DNA of 61,484 nucleotides, the filler included, from Basidiobolus ranarum (lineage: Eukaryota): assembly GCA_040143965.1 (NCBI GenBank). It is 14 parts of 14 records of this genome, joined end to end, with 100 filler letters (N's around TTAATTAATTAA, not from the genome) between each part and the next. Parts side by side here need not be neighbours in the genome. Positions count along the whole stretch, not along the records: positions 35,241 to 39,535 come from JASJQH010008901.1; positions 39,636 to 43,930 come from JASJQH010008902.1; positions 44,031 to 48,322 come from JASJQH010008903.1; positions 48,423 to 52,711 come from JASJQH010008904.1; 10 more parts are not named here. The stretch is one strand, 5' to 3'. A program made the position numbers and the translations under genes. Under the pieces are notes generated by a model. It was not told the DNA's origin. It did not search any database and saw nothing but the letters and a program-made list of their open reading frames with translations. Shown piece by piece: positions 36,150-49,132 of the stretch (its first letter is position 1; the number at the start of each line of letters is the position of its first letter).

Positions 36150-37440
36150 TAGATGCAGAGATATTGCTATTTAGAATATAGGGGCTACAGATATGTTGCT
36201 TTCTGTTTCTGATTTATGTATCATAACTGAAGCCAACTATCATGTTGAATAAAGATCAATTATTCAACAGAGCTTATCTTCCAAGTTCTGAATGACTGAT
36301 CTTGGTGAACTGAAGTACTATCTTGGAATCCAAATTTAGATAGATTAAACCACCAAAACAACAATTTCATACTATGCTAAGTATATCCAAGATATACTAT
36401 AGGAGTTTAAAATCAATAAAGACAAATCTTAACTTGAGAAAATGTTGCTCAAAGTACACATCTCTGGATTCAAAGGAAAGCCAAAAATTTCCTAATCAAT
36501 TTGTAGTGGGTAGTTTGACTTATATAATGGTTGGGACAGGGCCAGATGTTGCATATTCTATGTGAGTTATGTGCTGATATCTTTGTAATTATGGATCTGA
36601 TCAAATCAAAGCAATTAAGTGGATTTTCAGATATTTGAAAGGTACTGGGGATCTGTGCTTAAAATACACCTATTCTGGGCCAAACTTTGATTGTTTAGGA
36701 TACTCAGGTGCAAATTAGCAAAGAGATATTGAAGACAAGATCTTCAATAAGATACTTATTTCTTTGCTGTAATGGAGCTATTTTTTGGAATTCAAATAAG
36801 CAACCTACCATAGCACTTTCAACAACAGAAGCAGAATACATGGCTGCCTGCGAAGCAGCAAAAGAAGCAGTATCAGTCAGAAAACTCTGAGCAGACTTAG
36901 CTTATATTCTAAATTCACCAACTACAATATTTCAAGATAATCAAAGTTGTATCTAATTACCTAAAAAACCCTCACTTCATTTTAGAAGCAAACATATAGA
37001 TGTTAGGAATCACTTCATTAGAGAGACTAGAGTGATTGAGTGTATCAACTCAACATATTGCTGTACACAAGACATGATTGCCAATATATATTAACCAAAC
37101 CATGCACTAGACAGAAATTTGCAAATTTAGATCTATATTAGGATTAGTTTATATGACTCTTTGGTTGAGAGAGAGTGTTAAGATTAGCATTGCCTAAACG
37201 CTCGTATAGTCATATGTATCTTGGTACTTAGTTATCTTACAATTCTCTGAGATATTATCCATTATTCTGAATTGGAATTTACTTAGAACACTTTTACTAA
37301 CTTGGAAGTTCTCAGATGTGTAGATTTTTCAAATTTCTGCTAGAAGTCCTAAACTTTGCACACATGTTCCTGGGACCTTCCTTAACACATGCTACATATT
37401 AGTCTCTTAGCATCCAACAAAACTAAAAATGTCAACTTTC
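36150..37440 (+). mobile_element. Copia RT/RNase H, PPT and 3' LTR (from 37176, truncated)
   Basis: MTDLGELKYYLGI, KQPTIALSTTEAEYMAACEAAKE, RSKHIDVRNHFIR; purine tract GAGAGAGAG before TGTT. Confidence 0.9.
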
Positions 37441-37667
37441 TGTTGGTTGTCTGCAAGTTGAGGATATGTTGACTGAAGTCTTTACAAAAATTTGCCAAGA
37501 TCAAAGAGCATATTCTCATTGTCAATTGTTACAAGAGTCACCTATTGGCCAAGTATCAGTGCTATTCAAATTTCAGATTTTTTGCTATTTTTCCACCAAT
37601 AGTTTGCTGGTAAAGCATATTGATGTTGTTGAGTTATGTCTAATTAGTCAAGTATGCACATATATAG

Positions 37668-38208
37668 TGTCACTATAAGGCACTGGACAAGGACTCAAAA
37701 CAACCACAAGAGGCTAGCAGGTAGGAGAGTACTTGGGTGTAGACCACAAGACAAGATGTGACTGGACAGGGAATATACTTTGGCAAGAATCTTTATTGAG
37801 AACTGGTGTTGATCAGACTGAGGTCTGAGCAAGGAATACATGGGGCTTAAATAGATATTGCTGGGTGAAACATAATAAACTGAATAGGGAATATACTGTG
37901 GCAAGTTCAAGTGCCAGGGTTTTGGAGACTACAAGGAACAATAAAAAGAGGGATAATACAAGGATGATATAGAGATCATCAGGTGACCTTTGATGGAAGG
38001 TCTTGGGAGAAATACACTATGTGTGGGATAACATGATTGGTTAGGTTTTATGGAATGTTCCAAAGAACATGACTTCAGTATATGGTCACCTGTATGAACT
38101 AACACAAGATTGCCAACAAGGGATGGTACAGCAGATATAATGTCAAAATCTAGTCATAGAAGAGCTCTATTTGCAGTGGATCAGTATGCCAAGATCAATA
38201 TCACAACA
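37668..38208 (-). mobile_element. Chromovirus solo LTR inserted in a CACTA fragment
   Basis: TGTCAC...CACAACA, flanked by TATAG/TGTAG (4/5 TSD match); CACTA sequence resumes on both sides. Confidence 0.85.
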
Positions 38209-38412
38209 TGTAGATATTAAACATAACAAAATTCTTGAATTTTTTGATTCTCATTATGGCTGGAATACAAAGCCTAAAATATCTAAATAAAGGCATGCAT
38301 ATTGATTAAATCCTCTATAGCAGCAAACCCAATAATATGCCTTTCAAAAATTGTTTTTTCCAAATAATGTTGTAAATTAAGTAATCAAAGCTAAATATGC
38401 TGATCAAGATTT

Positions 38413-38759
38413 TGTTGAAATTATCATTGCCTAAACACCTATATAATCATATATAGCCTAGTACTTAGTTATCTTATAATTCACAAAAATATAATCCATT
38501 ATTCTAAATTAAAATTTACTTCAAATATTTGTACCAACTTAGATGTTGCAGATATATAGATTTTCAAACTTGTGCCATTAGCTCAAATCTTTCCACACAC
38601 ATTACTGGGATCTTCCTTAACACATTCTACACATTTGTTTCTTTGCATCTTGACAAAACTATAAATGTCAACTTTCTACTCAATAAATCTATAAGTGAAA
38701 GACAATCAATTCCACTAATTCTCTCAACCACCTGCTACAGGCTCCCAAATACTTGAACA
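38413..38759 (+). mobile_element. Full-length copia LTR (347 bp)
   Basis: TGTTGAAATT...ACTTGAACA; no TSD. Followed by a gypsy integrase scrap (ANYGFHP) at about 38775-38920. Confidence 0.85.
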
Positions 38760-38919
38760 ACCTCATCAAAGCAAACTTCTTTTTGTGCAAATTATGGGTT
38801 CCATCCACATTTTGCAACTCACTCTCCATCCAATATAGCTTGCCCTGCTGCCTTATATCATGCCACTTTCCTTAAAGAAATCCATAAACAATTAATATTG
38901 GAGTTGGAGATTGCCATTG

Positions 38920-39535
38920 ATAAAATTAAATCAATTTGATCTGAATTGGATCCACCCTCTGAAATAGCAAACCATCAGAGAACCAACACAATATTGGTAG
39001 CTTGCATTCCGCCAAGGATTTTGATGGTGTGATGATGGTTTCTTGATGGTATTTTGATGGTATTCATACATGTTAAAATATTGATCCTCAAATTTATCAT
39101 GCATTATGCAATGTCCAGCAATTTTTGCAATATATATTTTTGAATGGCATACTGCTGGGTTTACTGCTATAGGAATTTGAATTAATGTGCATGCCTTTAT
39201 TTAGATATATTAGGCTTTGTATTCCAGCCATAATGAGAATCAAAAAATATAAGAATCTTGTTTTGTTTTGTCTCTACATATATACATACTTCACTGATTA
39301 GACATAACTCAATAACATCAATATGCTTTACCAGCAAGCTAACAGTGGAAAAATTGCTAAACATCTGAATATTTGAATAGCACTGACACTTGGCAAATAG
39401 TTGACTCTTGTTACCATTCACAATGAGAATAAGCCTTTGGATTTTGGCCAATGTCCATAAAGAGTGCAGCCAATATATCCCCAACTTGCAGTCAACAAAT
39501 GTCCTGCCACAAGTATATTGGTCATTGCTGGAATA
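38920..39535 (-). mobile_element. CACTA right arm, terminus lost
   Basis: Reverse complement of the 35500-36105 region. Confidence 0.85.
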
Positions 39536-39635
39536 NNNNNNNNNNNNNNNNNNNNNNNNNNNNNNNNNNNNNNNNNNNNTTAATTAATTAANNNNNNNNN
39601 NNNNNNNNNNNNNNNNNNNNNNNNNNNNNNNNNNN

Positions 39636-40287
39636 ATATTATTGTCTTAGCCATGGTGTAATCTATTCCAGAAATGACACATCTACCTGTGGCAGGACAT
39701 TTGTTGACTGCAAGTTGGGGATATATTGGCTGAATTCTTTATGAAAATTAGCCAAAATCCAAGAGCTTGCTCTCATTGTGAATGGTAACAAGAGTTGGCT
39801 CTTTGCCAAGTGTCAGTGCTATTCAAAATTTCAGATGTTTAGCAATTTTTCCACTGTTAGTTTGCTGGTAAAGCATATTGATGTTGTTGAGTTATGTCAA
39901 ATCAGTCAAGTATGTGCATATGTAGAGACTAAACACAATGCAATTCTTGTATTTTTTGATTCTCATTATGGCTGGAATACAAAGCTTAAATATCTAAATA
40001 AAGGCATGCATATTAATTCAAATTCCTACAGCAGTAAACCCAGTCATTTGCCATTTGAAAATTATATTTTTGAAAAAATTGCTTGATGTTGAATACCACA
40101 TACCAAATTTGTGGATCAATATTTTAACATGTGTGAATACGATCAAAATACCATTAAGAAACCGCCGTCATACCATCAAAATCCCTGGCAGAATGCAAGC
40201 CACCAATATTGTGATGGTTCTCTGATGGTTTTGTTCTTTTGGAGGGTGGATCCAGTCTGGGTTAAATTGATTTTATTTCTGTTAGGA
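39636..40287 (+). mobile_element. CACTA right arm
   Basis: Ends TTTATTTCTGTTAGGA. Confidence 0.85.
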
Positions 40288-40394
40288 TAATGTGTATCTT
40301 AATCTATCTCACCAAAAAGTCTATCATGCAGCTTTTTGAGAAATGCCATCAGAGTGTCACAGGAACAAATAGTCCAAATTATTGGGATATTTAC

Positions 40395-41131
40395 TGTTGA
40401 AATTAGCATTGCCTAAGCACCTATATGGTCACATATAGCTTAGTATTAAGCTGTTGTACATTTCACTAAGGTATTTCCCAAAATCTCAATTGGAATTTCT
40501 TACAATATCTTACCAAGTTAGAAGCTCTCAGTTATTTAGATTTTTCATGCTTATGCTAGATGCCCCAAACTTTACACATAGGATCCTGGGACCTTTCTTA
40601 GCACATTCTACACATTAGTTTGTTTACATCTTGACAAAAGTATAGATGACACTTGAATACTCAGTAAATCAATAAGTAAAAACCATCCATTTCTCTAATT
40701 CTCCAATCCACTTCCAACAGACTTGCAATTACTCTAACAGGCTATGAGCCCCAAGTTTGCACTCTCTGGAATATCTACTAATCAAATTTCTGGAACTTTT
40801 CCCTACTCTCAAAAATTGGATGGAATTAATTATCAAGTTTGGAAAATTAAAATGCTGCTGAAAGAAAAATCCTTTAGGACATTTTTACACAAGATGAAGA
40901 CAATTCAAAACTATCTGAAACCAAAGCTTTACTCAAGGTTAAAAAAGAACAAAGTGCCTTTACCACAATTTGTCTTATTATCAAAGACAAATTACTAATT
41001 TAATGTTCAAGAGCCAAAGCCACCAGGAAGGTCAAAAGCTTTGGGTGACACCTACCAAACAAGTTCTGCTGCCTACAAGATGCTTCTAAGAAGACAATTG
41101 TTTAACTTAACAATAAAGCCCAGAGAAGACA
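40395..41131 (+). mobile_element. Copia 5' LTR (40395-40739), PBS and gag
   Basis: PBS GGCTATGAGCCC at 40740-40751; QKLDGINYQVWKIKM; interrupted at 41132 by a CACTA left end. Confidence 0.9.
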
Positions 41132-41472
41132 CCCTAACAGAAATTAGAGGATTTTTATTGATGGAAAACAATGACAATTTTAATCCACTTTGATTGACTG
41201 TTTACTTACTATCATAAAACTGTCAAGTTAGATTTGATTTTAATCCATTTTTTCAGTTTCAGGAGTGAAATTTCAAGATCTTTCAAAATAGTTGCACCTG
41301 ATTGGCTACAATCTCAGAGAACTTTGGATCAACACATGTGCAAAACACATAACCCAAATTTTACACATTTACCACCTGAATGCTTTGTTGTCACCTTTGA
41401 AATCCCTAGTTTCTTTGATATTCTCTCCTGAATATTTTTATAGAGTTCTTCATAGCCAAAGTTCAACACATA
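41132..41472 (+). mobile_element. CACTA left end
   Basis: Begins CCCTAACAGAAATTAGAGG. Confidence 0.85.
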
Positions 41473-41934
41473 TCTGTTGAAGTTTATTATCTTTTTCATA
41501 TTTGTTATATCTATCTTTATACACCTACCTCTTTCATATATTACATATAAGTTAGTTAACATTACTTAGTCAAATATCATTTAACTGCAAATTGGAGCAT
41601 ATATTATATATATATGTGATTAATGCAAGAATTAGCAATTCCATATTGGAAATTTCAAACTTGTCCAAATTGCCCCAAGAATAGCTCATTTTACTCCCAC
41701 AGATGTTCCAAACACAACCCCAGTGTGGTTTTCTGTATTTCCACCAAAATGTATAAATGCTTCATTTCTGGACAATAAATAGCTATCTCACAAAGCTATT
41801 CACAACTCCACTTTTCCAAAGTTCTTCCAAACAGCCCATATTTTCCCAATAGGTTATGAGCCTCATGTTCTAACCTTTACAGCATGTTGGACACCACCAC
41901 TGCCACTTTCATTAGCTCAAGTGTCAAAAAGTTT

Positions 41935-42679
41935 GATGGAGAAGATTACAATTTCTGGAGGTTCAAAATGTAAATCTTGTTGGAAGACAGGGAGCTTTGG
42001 GGTGTAGTCACTGGAGATGAAAAAGAACTTGTTTATAACACCACAATAGTTTTTGCAAGTGCCATCAGACTTATTTGGTAAGGATATCTTGGGTTCAGGA
42101 GTTGGATTTGCAGGATAGTTGGGTGGAGCTGGATTCTGTACTTGAGTAAGAGAAGCACAAAGTTCTTTATTTTCTTGCTGAAGCTTAGTCAGAACTTGCA
42201 TGATATCTTCCATTGTGGGGGCTTTTGTCTAGACATAATACTTACTGTGTTTGAAGGGGGGATGTCTTAAAAACCACAAGTTTCTCTAGGTATGCTAATC
42301 ACAATGCAATGTCCAACTTTCCATTGAAGAAATCATTGGCACCTTGCCAAAAGAATATACTGGTATCAATGTCCTTTGATCTTATATCAAGTACTAAAGC
42401 TTCTTTGATCAAAAACAACTGTAAGATCAACCAGTAGTGTTTTGACAAGGATGCACTTAGTTCAATCATCCAAAGGTGGAAGGTACCTTTGCCTTAGCAG
42501 GGAAGCTTGGGAAAAATGGGTAATAAGAGGGAAGCTCACCTTGGGGTGTTTCAAGGTTGAAGAATATGGATGGAGAGAAGTCTACAGACAGGTGTAAGGA
42601 GCTTGAGCAAACTGTCACAATAAGGAACTGGACAAGCACTGGAAATAACAATAAGAGGCTAGAAGGCAGGAGAGTACCT
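41935..42679 (-). mobile_element. Chromovirus 5' LTR end (42613-42679), leader and gag start
   Basis: Gag MEDIMQVLTKLQQENKEL..PEPKISLPNKSDGT (Ty3-type gag); LTR cut by a CACTA end at 42680. Confidence 0.8.
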
Positions 42680-43930
42680 CCCTAACAAAAATAAAATCAA
42701 TTTTTGATCTGGATTGGATCCATCCTCCAAAATAGCAAAACCATCAGAGAACCATCACAATATTGGTAGCTTGCATTCTGCCAGGGATTTTGATGGTGTG
42801 ACAGCAGTTTCTTGACGGTATTCATACATGTTAAAATATTGATCCTCAAATTTGGCATGCATTATTCAATATTTGGCAGTTTTTGAAAAAAAATAATTTT
42901 CAAATGGCAAATTACTGGGTTTATTGCTGTAGGAATTTGATTCAATATGCATGCCTTTATTTAGATATTTTAAGCTTTGTATTCCAGCCATAATGAGAAT
43001 CAAAAAATACAAGAATCTTGTTATGTTTAGTCTCCACATACTCACATACTTGTCTGATTTGACATAACTCAACAACATCAATATGCTTAGCAGCAAACTA
43101 ACAATGGAAAAATTGCTAAACATCTGAAATTTTGAATAGCACTGACACTTGGCAAATAGCTGACTCTTGTTACCATTCACAACTATAATAAGCTCTTGGA
43201 TTTTGGCAAAATTCCATGAAGATTTAGCCAATATATCCCCAAATAGCAGTCAACAAATGTCCCACCCTAAGTAGATATGTCATTGCTTGAATAGATTACC
43301 CCATGGCTTAAAAATAATACTGCATATCTTGAACTATCTCACCAAGAAGTATGTCATGCAGCTTTCCTAACAATACCATCAGATTATCACACAAGCAAAT
43401 TAGTCGAATTATATAGGTACTTACTCTGTGTCTATGGATTGGGCTTTGTTGCTGTTTTTGTGCTCAAGCAATGTGAAAACCCATGAGCACATTGAAAAGA
43501 GCCCTTTGTTGGCTGGTTAATATACTCTGGAGTCCTCTTAACCCATTGCATTACATCCTTCACTGATTTTGCTGTTACATTGTTGATCAGATTATCATTT
43601 GGTAATACTGACAATTTCACATGGAGCATCATTTCACCTCAGGTGTGCTCCATTGGGAACTCCCAGAATATATAGCAAGGGCCTATAATCTCTAAGCATT
43701 GTGTAAGATGTAGCAGAGAATGTATTGAATACCAGCATAGATTCAGTCTTTCTTCTTTAAACCTGTAATAAAGTTTTTCATATCCAATTACAAAATCTTT
43801 GCACAGTTACTGTATCTGCCTAAGATCTGACAATGTGAGTTGATGCTGTAAGAATATATCAACAATCTTGACAAAGAACTCCCAATGTTGCCAATATTTA
43901 TCAGGCAGAAATCTTTTCAAGATTCCACCT
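42680..43930 (-). mobile_element. CACTA right arm with transposase C-terminal part
   Basis: Begins CCCTAACAAAAATAAAATC; contains a GP..WEFPME motif near 43650-43685. Confidence 0.88.
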
Positions 43931-44030
43931 NNNNNNNNNNNNNNNNNNNNNNNNNNNNNNNNNNNNNNNNNNNNTTAATTAATTAANNNNNNNNNNNNNN
44001 NNNNNNNNNNNNNNNNNNNNNNNNNNNNNN

Positions 44031-44559
44031 TCGTAGATGCTAGTAGACACTAGGCTTGGATAGAAATGTGAGGGGAATATTGAATTTGTTGAGAAACACT
44101 GAGAAGTGTTGAGATCCTATATTCATTGAGACACACACTAAACCAAAAGGTTCAATTAGCTTTATTTCTATTTTTGATAGCAAAGTGAATTAGTCAGTGC
44201 CAATATATTAGATGAGTAATTCTGATAAAAGAGAATGTAATTGGATAGATAGATAGATAAATCCGTCAGTCATGCATTGGCTGAAGTCTTGGTACTGAAA
44301 GATTATGGTTCTGAATCTTGTGACTTAAATTGACTTGTGTCTAGGCAGAGGACTTAGAGGGTAATACTGATTGGATAATGATCATGTGATTGATCATATG
44401 ATCTCATAGAAGGGATAAGAGAATCGATAGTTAGTCATATGATAGGGTCACTGGATAAGGTCAGATGACTAGTAGTGATGATGATAAACTAAACAGATAT
44501 TCATGCAAGTTGCATAGATATGGTGTAAGTTAATTAACTTTGTATGTTGTTGCATAACA
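44031..44559 (-). mobile_element. Probable LTR of a further retroelement family
   Basis: Non-coding, CpG-poor, ends GCATAACA (TGTTATGC on minus) abutting copia gag; no second copy in the window. Confidence 0.4.
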
Positions 44560-47500
44560 GGCAGACTGCTGGATGAAGATTGATGCAAATCAGGACTCAA
44601 CCAAAAGAATGAGGAAAACTCTTCAATAGGCTATGCAAAACCTTTCTATAAAGGTCAAAAGCAGTTTCAGAAGAAAAGTAACACATTCTGTGATTACTGT
44701 ATAAGAACTAGTCATTTAAGTAAAGATTGCTCTAAAAAAATGGCAAAAGAAGAAAAACATACTGAATCTGGAAATGTGGTTATAAAAAAAGATCACCTGC
44801 TATATCTATGACTACCAAAAAGAATTCTCAGACATGGTGTATTGATTCTGGAGCTTTCTAACATCTGACAAATGAAAAACATTGGTTTGTGGAATACAAA
44901 GAAATTCCATTAGAAAGGTTTTCTTAGGAGATGACCACACATTGGATGCTATTAAATGGGAACAATTCAAGTCAATTTAACTAGAGTGCTGAAGAGAAAG
45001 TATATACTTTAAGGATGCACTATATGTTCCAGATATTGCCAAGAATTTAATATCTGTATGCAAGGCCACTGCAGAAGGGCTAAAACTCAATTTTGATAAG
45101 TCAGGATGCACCATCACTGATCACAATGGGAATTATGTAACATTGTGAGAAAAGGATCAAAACCTATAGAAACTTACATATAATCCAAGAGGTTTATGTG
45201 TAAATATAAGTCAATCAAATCAAGAAACTGTTCAATTATAGCATAAGAGATTTGGCCATATTGGATTTGATTATTTGAGCAAAATGATTAAAAATTGCCA
45301 AATATCTGGAATTCAAAATAACCTCCCAGCCAAAATGGAAATTTGTGAGGGTTGTATGTATGGAAAACAAGCTACACAACCACTCAAGAGCTCTGGTTTA
45401 ACCAAAACTGTCAAAAAATTAGATCTAATTCATTCAGATATGTGTGGACCTATGCAAGATTTATCTTTAGGTGAAAAAAGATAGTAAATCACATTTATTA
45501 TTGATTATACAAGTTACATCTGGGTCTACCTTATGGAAAAAAAAGAGGCTCTCTCTATCTTTAGAGATTTAAAAACACTTGTTGAGACTGAAACTGAAAC
45601 AAAAATCATGAAAATATGTACTGAAAATGGTGGAAAATATACTTCAACTCTATTGAGGCTCTTTTGCAAAAATCATGGAATTAAGCAAGAAATTATTGCC
45701 CACTAATCACCTCAACAAAATGGAGTTGTTGAAAGAGCTAAACAAGCTTGGTTTGGAGTTGAACCTGTTGTAAAATATTTGAGGATCTTTGGATACATTG
45801 CATCTATCAAAATTATGACCAAAAATTGGTCTAAATTTGATCCAAAAAGTAAGAAATGCATAGTTCTGGGTTACTTTACTCAAACTAAGGCCTACAGACT
45901 CTATGATAACAAAATTTCTAAGTTAAACAAGTCCATGGATGTCTTGTTTAACGAAAATGAAACATTTTCACCCAAAATGACCTCGGATGATGACAAAATC
46001 AACTTTCTGCTGATCCAATCATTCAAATTGCTTCAAACAAGAACAACAAAGAAAATAGCATTCCTGTAGACCCTTCAACCAAATTTTTGCCTACTGGAGG
46101 GCCCAATGCAATGCCAGAAGTTGTAGTACCTTAATCCCAAGCCAGGAGATCAAATTAGATCAGAAATAATCCTGATTACTATATCAATGAGTCCAAAAAT
46201 TGGGCATATGCCTGCACAGCTCAAGTACATAAACCCCAGACTGTAAAACCGGACGTGAATGGCCATCACACAAAATTTGGAGATATGCAATGGCTGTTGA
46301 GTACCAGGCTTTGATTAATAATCAAACTTACATTTTAACCAACTTACCTGATGTTTGAAAATCAATTGGCTGCCAATGGGTGTTAAAAGCTAAACACAAC
46401 TCTGATGTCAATATAGAAAGGTACAAGGCTAGACTAGTGGCCAACAGGTATTCCCAAACATCAGGAATGGATTATGCAGAAACTTTTGTTCCTGTAGCAA
46501 AGTTTAATTCAATTAGATTGTTTGAGCAACTTGGACAAACATCAGTTTGTTAAACATTGAATGGATGTTAAAACTGCTTTTTGAATGGTGAGCTTGCTGA
46601 GGAGATCTATTTGGACCAGCCAGATGGATTTGTGGACCCAGAAAACCCTAAAATAGCTTGCAGACTCTGGAAAACACTCTATAGCCTAAAAAAATCTCTA
46701 AGAGCTTGAAATAGCAAGATAGACACTTTTTTGGAAACACTCAAATTCAAAAAGAGTAATGCTGACTATAGTACCAACTTCAGGCCAGATGAGAAAACCT
46801 AGTTTTACTAGCCTTTTATATATATGACCTTATTATAGCAACCAATGACTTGAAGACTTTGGTGAAAACCAGATCCAGCTAATCTGCCAAATTCAATATG
46901 ACTGATCTTGGTGAACTGACATACTATCTCCAAATCCAAGTTAGGATAGATAGAACTACCAGAACAATAACTTTAAACCAGGCTAGATATATCCTAGATA
47001 TACTAAATAACTTTAAAATGGATAAACATTATCCAGTATCTACCCCAATGGAGATAAATCTTAAATTAACCAAAATTGGCTCAAATTGCTCATTCTTGCA
47101 TTTGAATGAAAGCCAGAAATTTCCATATCAATGTATGGTTCATAGTTTGTTGTATATAATGGTTGTTGCATGTCCAGATATTGCATATTCTATGAGAGTT
47201 ATGTGCCAAAATCTTCAAAATTATTGATCAGATCAAATCATAGCAGTTAAGTGGATTTTCAGATCTTTCAAAGGTGCTGTGGCTCTATGCTTGAAATACA
47301 CATATTCTGAATCAAACTTTGATCTGATAAGATAGTCAGTTGTAAATTGGGGAAGAGATATTGAAGACAGGAGATCAACAACAGGCTACTTATTTCTTTG
47401 CTTCAATGGAGCAATTTCTTGGAATTCAAAGAAGCAAACTACCATAGCACTTTCAACAACAGAAGCTGAATACATGGCTGCTTGTGAAGCAACAAAAGAA

Positions 47501-47567
47501 GCAATATGGTTAAGAAAACTCTTAACAGATTTGTGTCATTCTCAAAATTCACTAACAACAACATTTC
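44560..47567 (+). mobile_element. Decayed Ty1/copia gag-pol
   Basis: Zn knuckle CDYCIRTSHLSKDC, protease WCIDSGA, CEGCMYGKQ, LDLIHSDMCGPM, PQQNGVVER, YKARLVA, ALSTTEAEYMA. Confidence 0.93.
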
Positions 47568-48322
47568 TGTCACAATAAGGAACTGGACAAGGACTGTGAA
47601 CAATGACAAGAGGCTAGAAGGCAGGAGAGTACTAGGGTGTAGACCACAAGACAAGACAAGACTGGACAATGAAGGTACTTTGGCAAGAATCTTTATTAAT
47701 AACTGGCATTGATCAGACTGAAGTCTGATCAAGGAATACATGGGGCATATGTAGATATAGCAACATGAAATATAATATACTGAATAGGGAATATACTGTG
47801 GCAAGTTCAAGAGTTAGGATGTTTGGGACTACAAGGACCAATACAAAGAAGGATGATCAGGTGACCTTCCATGGAAGGTCTTGGTGGAAATACACTATGT
47901 ATGAGATGACATGATTAGTTAGGTTTCAAGGAATGTTCAAAAAGAAAATAAATTCCATAGAAGGTAATCTGGATGAACTAACAAAAGATTGCCAAGAAGG
48001 GATGGCACAGCAGATATGATGTCATAATCTAATAATAGAGGAGTTCTAATTGCAGTGGATCAGTATGCCAGGATCAGAATCATGACAGTATCCCCTTCTT
48101 TAGTGATGGCTTCAAGACATCATAGGGCCAGGTTTTCTGGGTAGGCTCCATGAAACTCCTGGCAAAGTTGCTTGGAGTTGGAAAGATTTGTTGCTAGCTC
48201 CCATGATTGATCATATGTTGAGTATCCCTTCCAGTCCACTAAATATTGCAATTTACGTTGATAAATTCTGGAATCTAGAATTTTGCTAACTTCATATTCA
48301 GGGTGTTCTTCCACTTGGATTG
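47568..48322 (-). mobile_element. Ty3/gypsy chromovirus 3' end: chromodomain, PPT and 520-bp 3' LTR (47568-48087)
   Basis: EYEVSKILDSRIYQRKLQYLVDWKGYSTYDQSWE chromodomain; PPT AAAGAAGGGGATAC immediately before TGTCATG; inserted in copia RNase H. Confidence 0.93.
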
Positions 48323-48422
48323 NNNNNNNNNNNNNNNNNNNNNNNNNNNNNNNNNNNNNNNNNNNNTTAATTAATTAANNNNNNNNNNNNNNNNNNNNNN
48401 NNNNNNNNNNNNNNNNNNNNNN

Positions 48423-48667
48423 GAAGACTTCCTTCACTTTTTGGTACAAAGATTCAAATCGAGGTCAAGCAGCCACACACACAGGACGCAACGTTGTGGG
48501 TGGACCATGAGGCCCGTGTCCTGTACACTGATTTGATCACCCGCAATGGTGTAGTCCATGTCACCGATCGGGTTCTTATACCTCAGGATGTCAATATTTC
48601 CTATGAAAAATGGTGGAGTGACGATCAGTATTGCACCCCTGAGCTACACGCGTTAGGCTTCGAGTAA
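48423..48667 (+). CDS. Fasciclin (FAS1) domain protein, C-terminal fragment (absent from the ORF track)
   Basis: ..ARVLYTDLITRNGVVHVTDRVLIP..LGFE* contains the FAS1 H2 motif. Confidence 0.88.
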
Positions 48668-49132
48668 TATATAACAGTGGAAGTGTAGTGTGGATTGAAC
48701 TGTGGATCTATACACACATATATATAGTGAGTATTATTTTTAAACAAAAAATGAACGTTTATAGTTGGTCTGTAAGGAGAGATAAAATAACACATAGCAG
48801 GGGAATAAAGAGTTACAGTAAAGCGCCGTACACTGTAACCACTATTTAGCATATGTCATTAAAATATGTGCCACTTGATAATTCATTCCGATGCCAAGTT
48901 CGTTATTTCATAAGAGATGCCGATGTACGTTAGATGTAGAATTATACTCCTGAGCTAACAAATTGCATTCAATATATGGCCTACACTCTAAGAACTTGCT
49001 TATGATATGTATACGATTTGCACATGTCTTTGATGAACATATGACTTTGAATATATATTTCAGATCTTCATTTCCTAAGTTTGCATTAGTCGTAGGATGG
49101 TGCTGTGAGTTGGGTATGTTATTTACAATAAA

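Noticed and set aside
47439..47810. Recurrent hydrophobic ORF MNLPQYIPYSVYY... (also 37695 and 57238)
   Set aside because: Lies within the chromovirus LTR; recurrence reflects LTR copies and the stops differ between copies.
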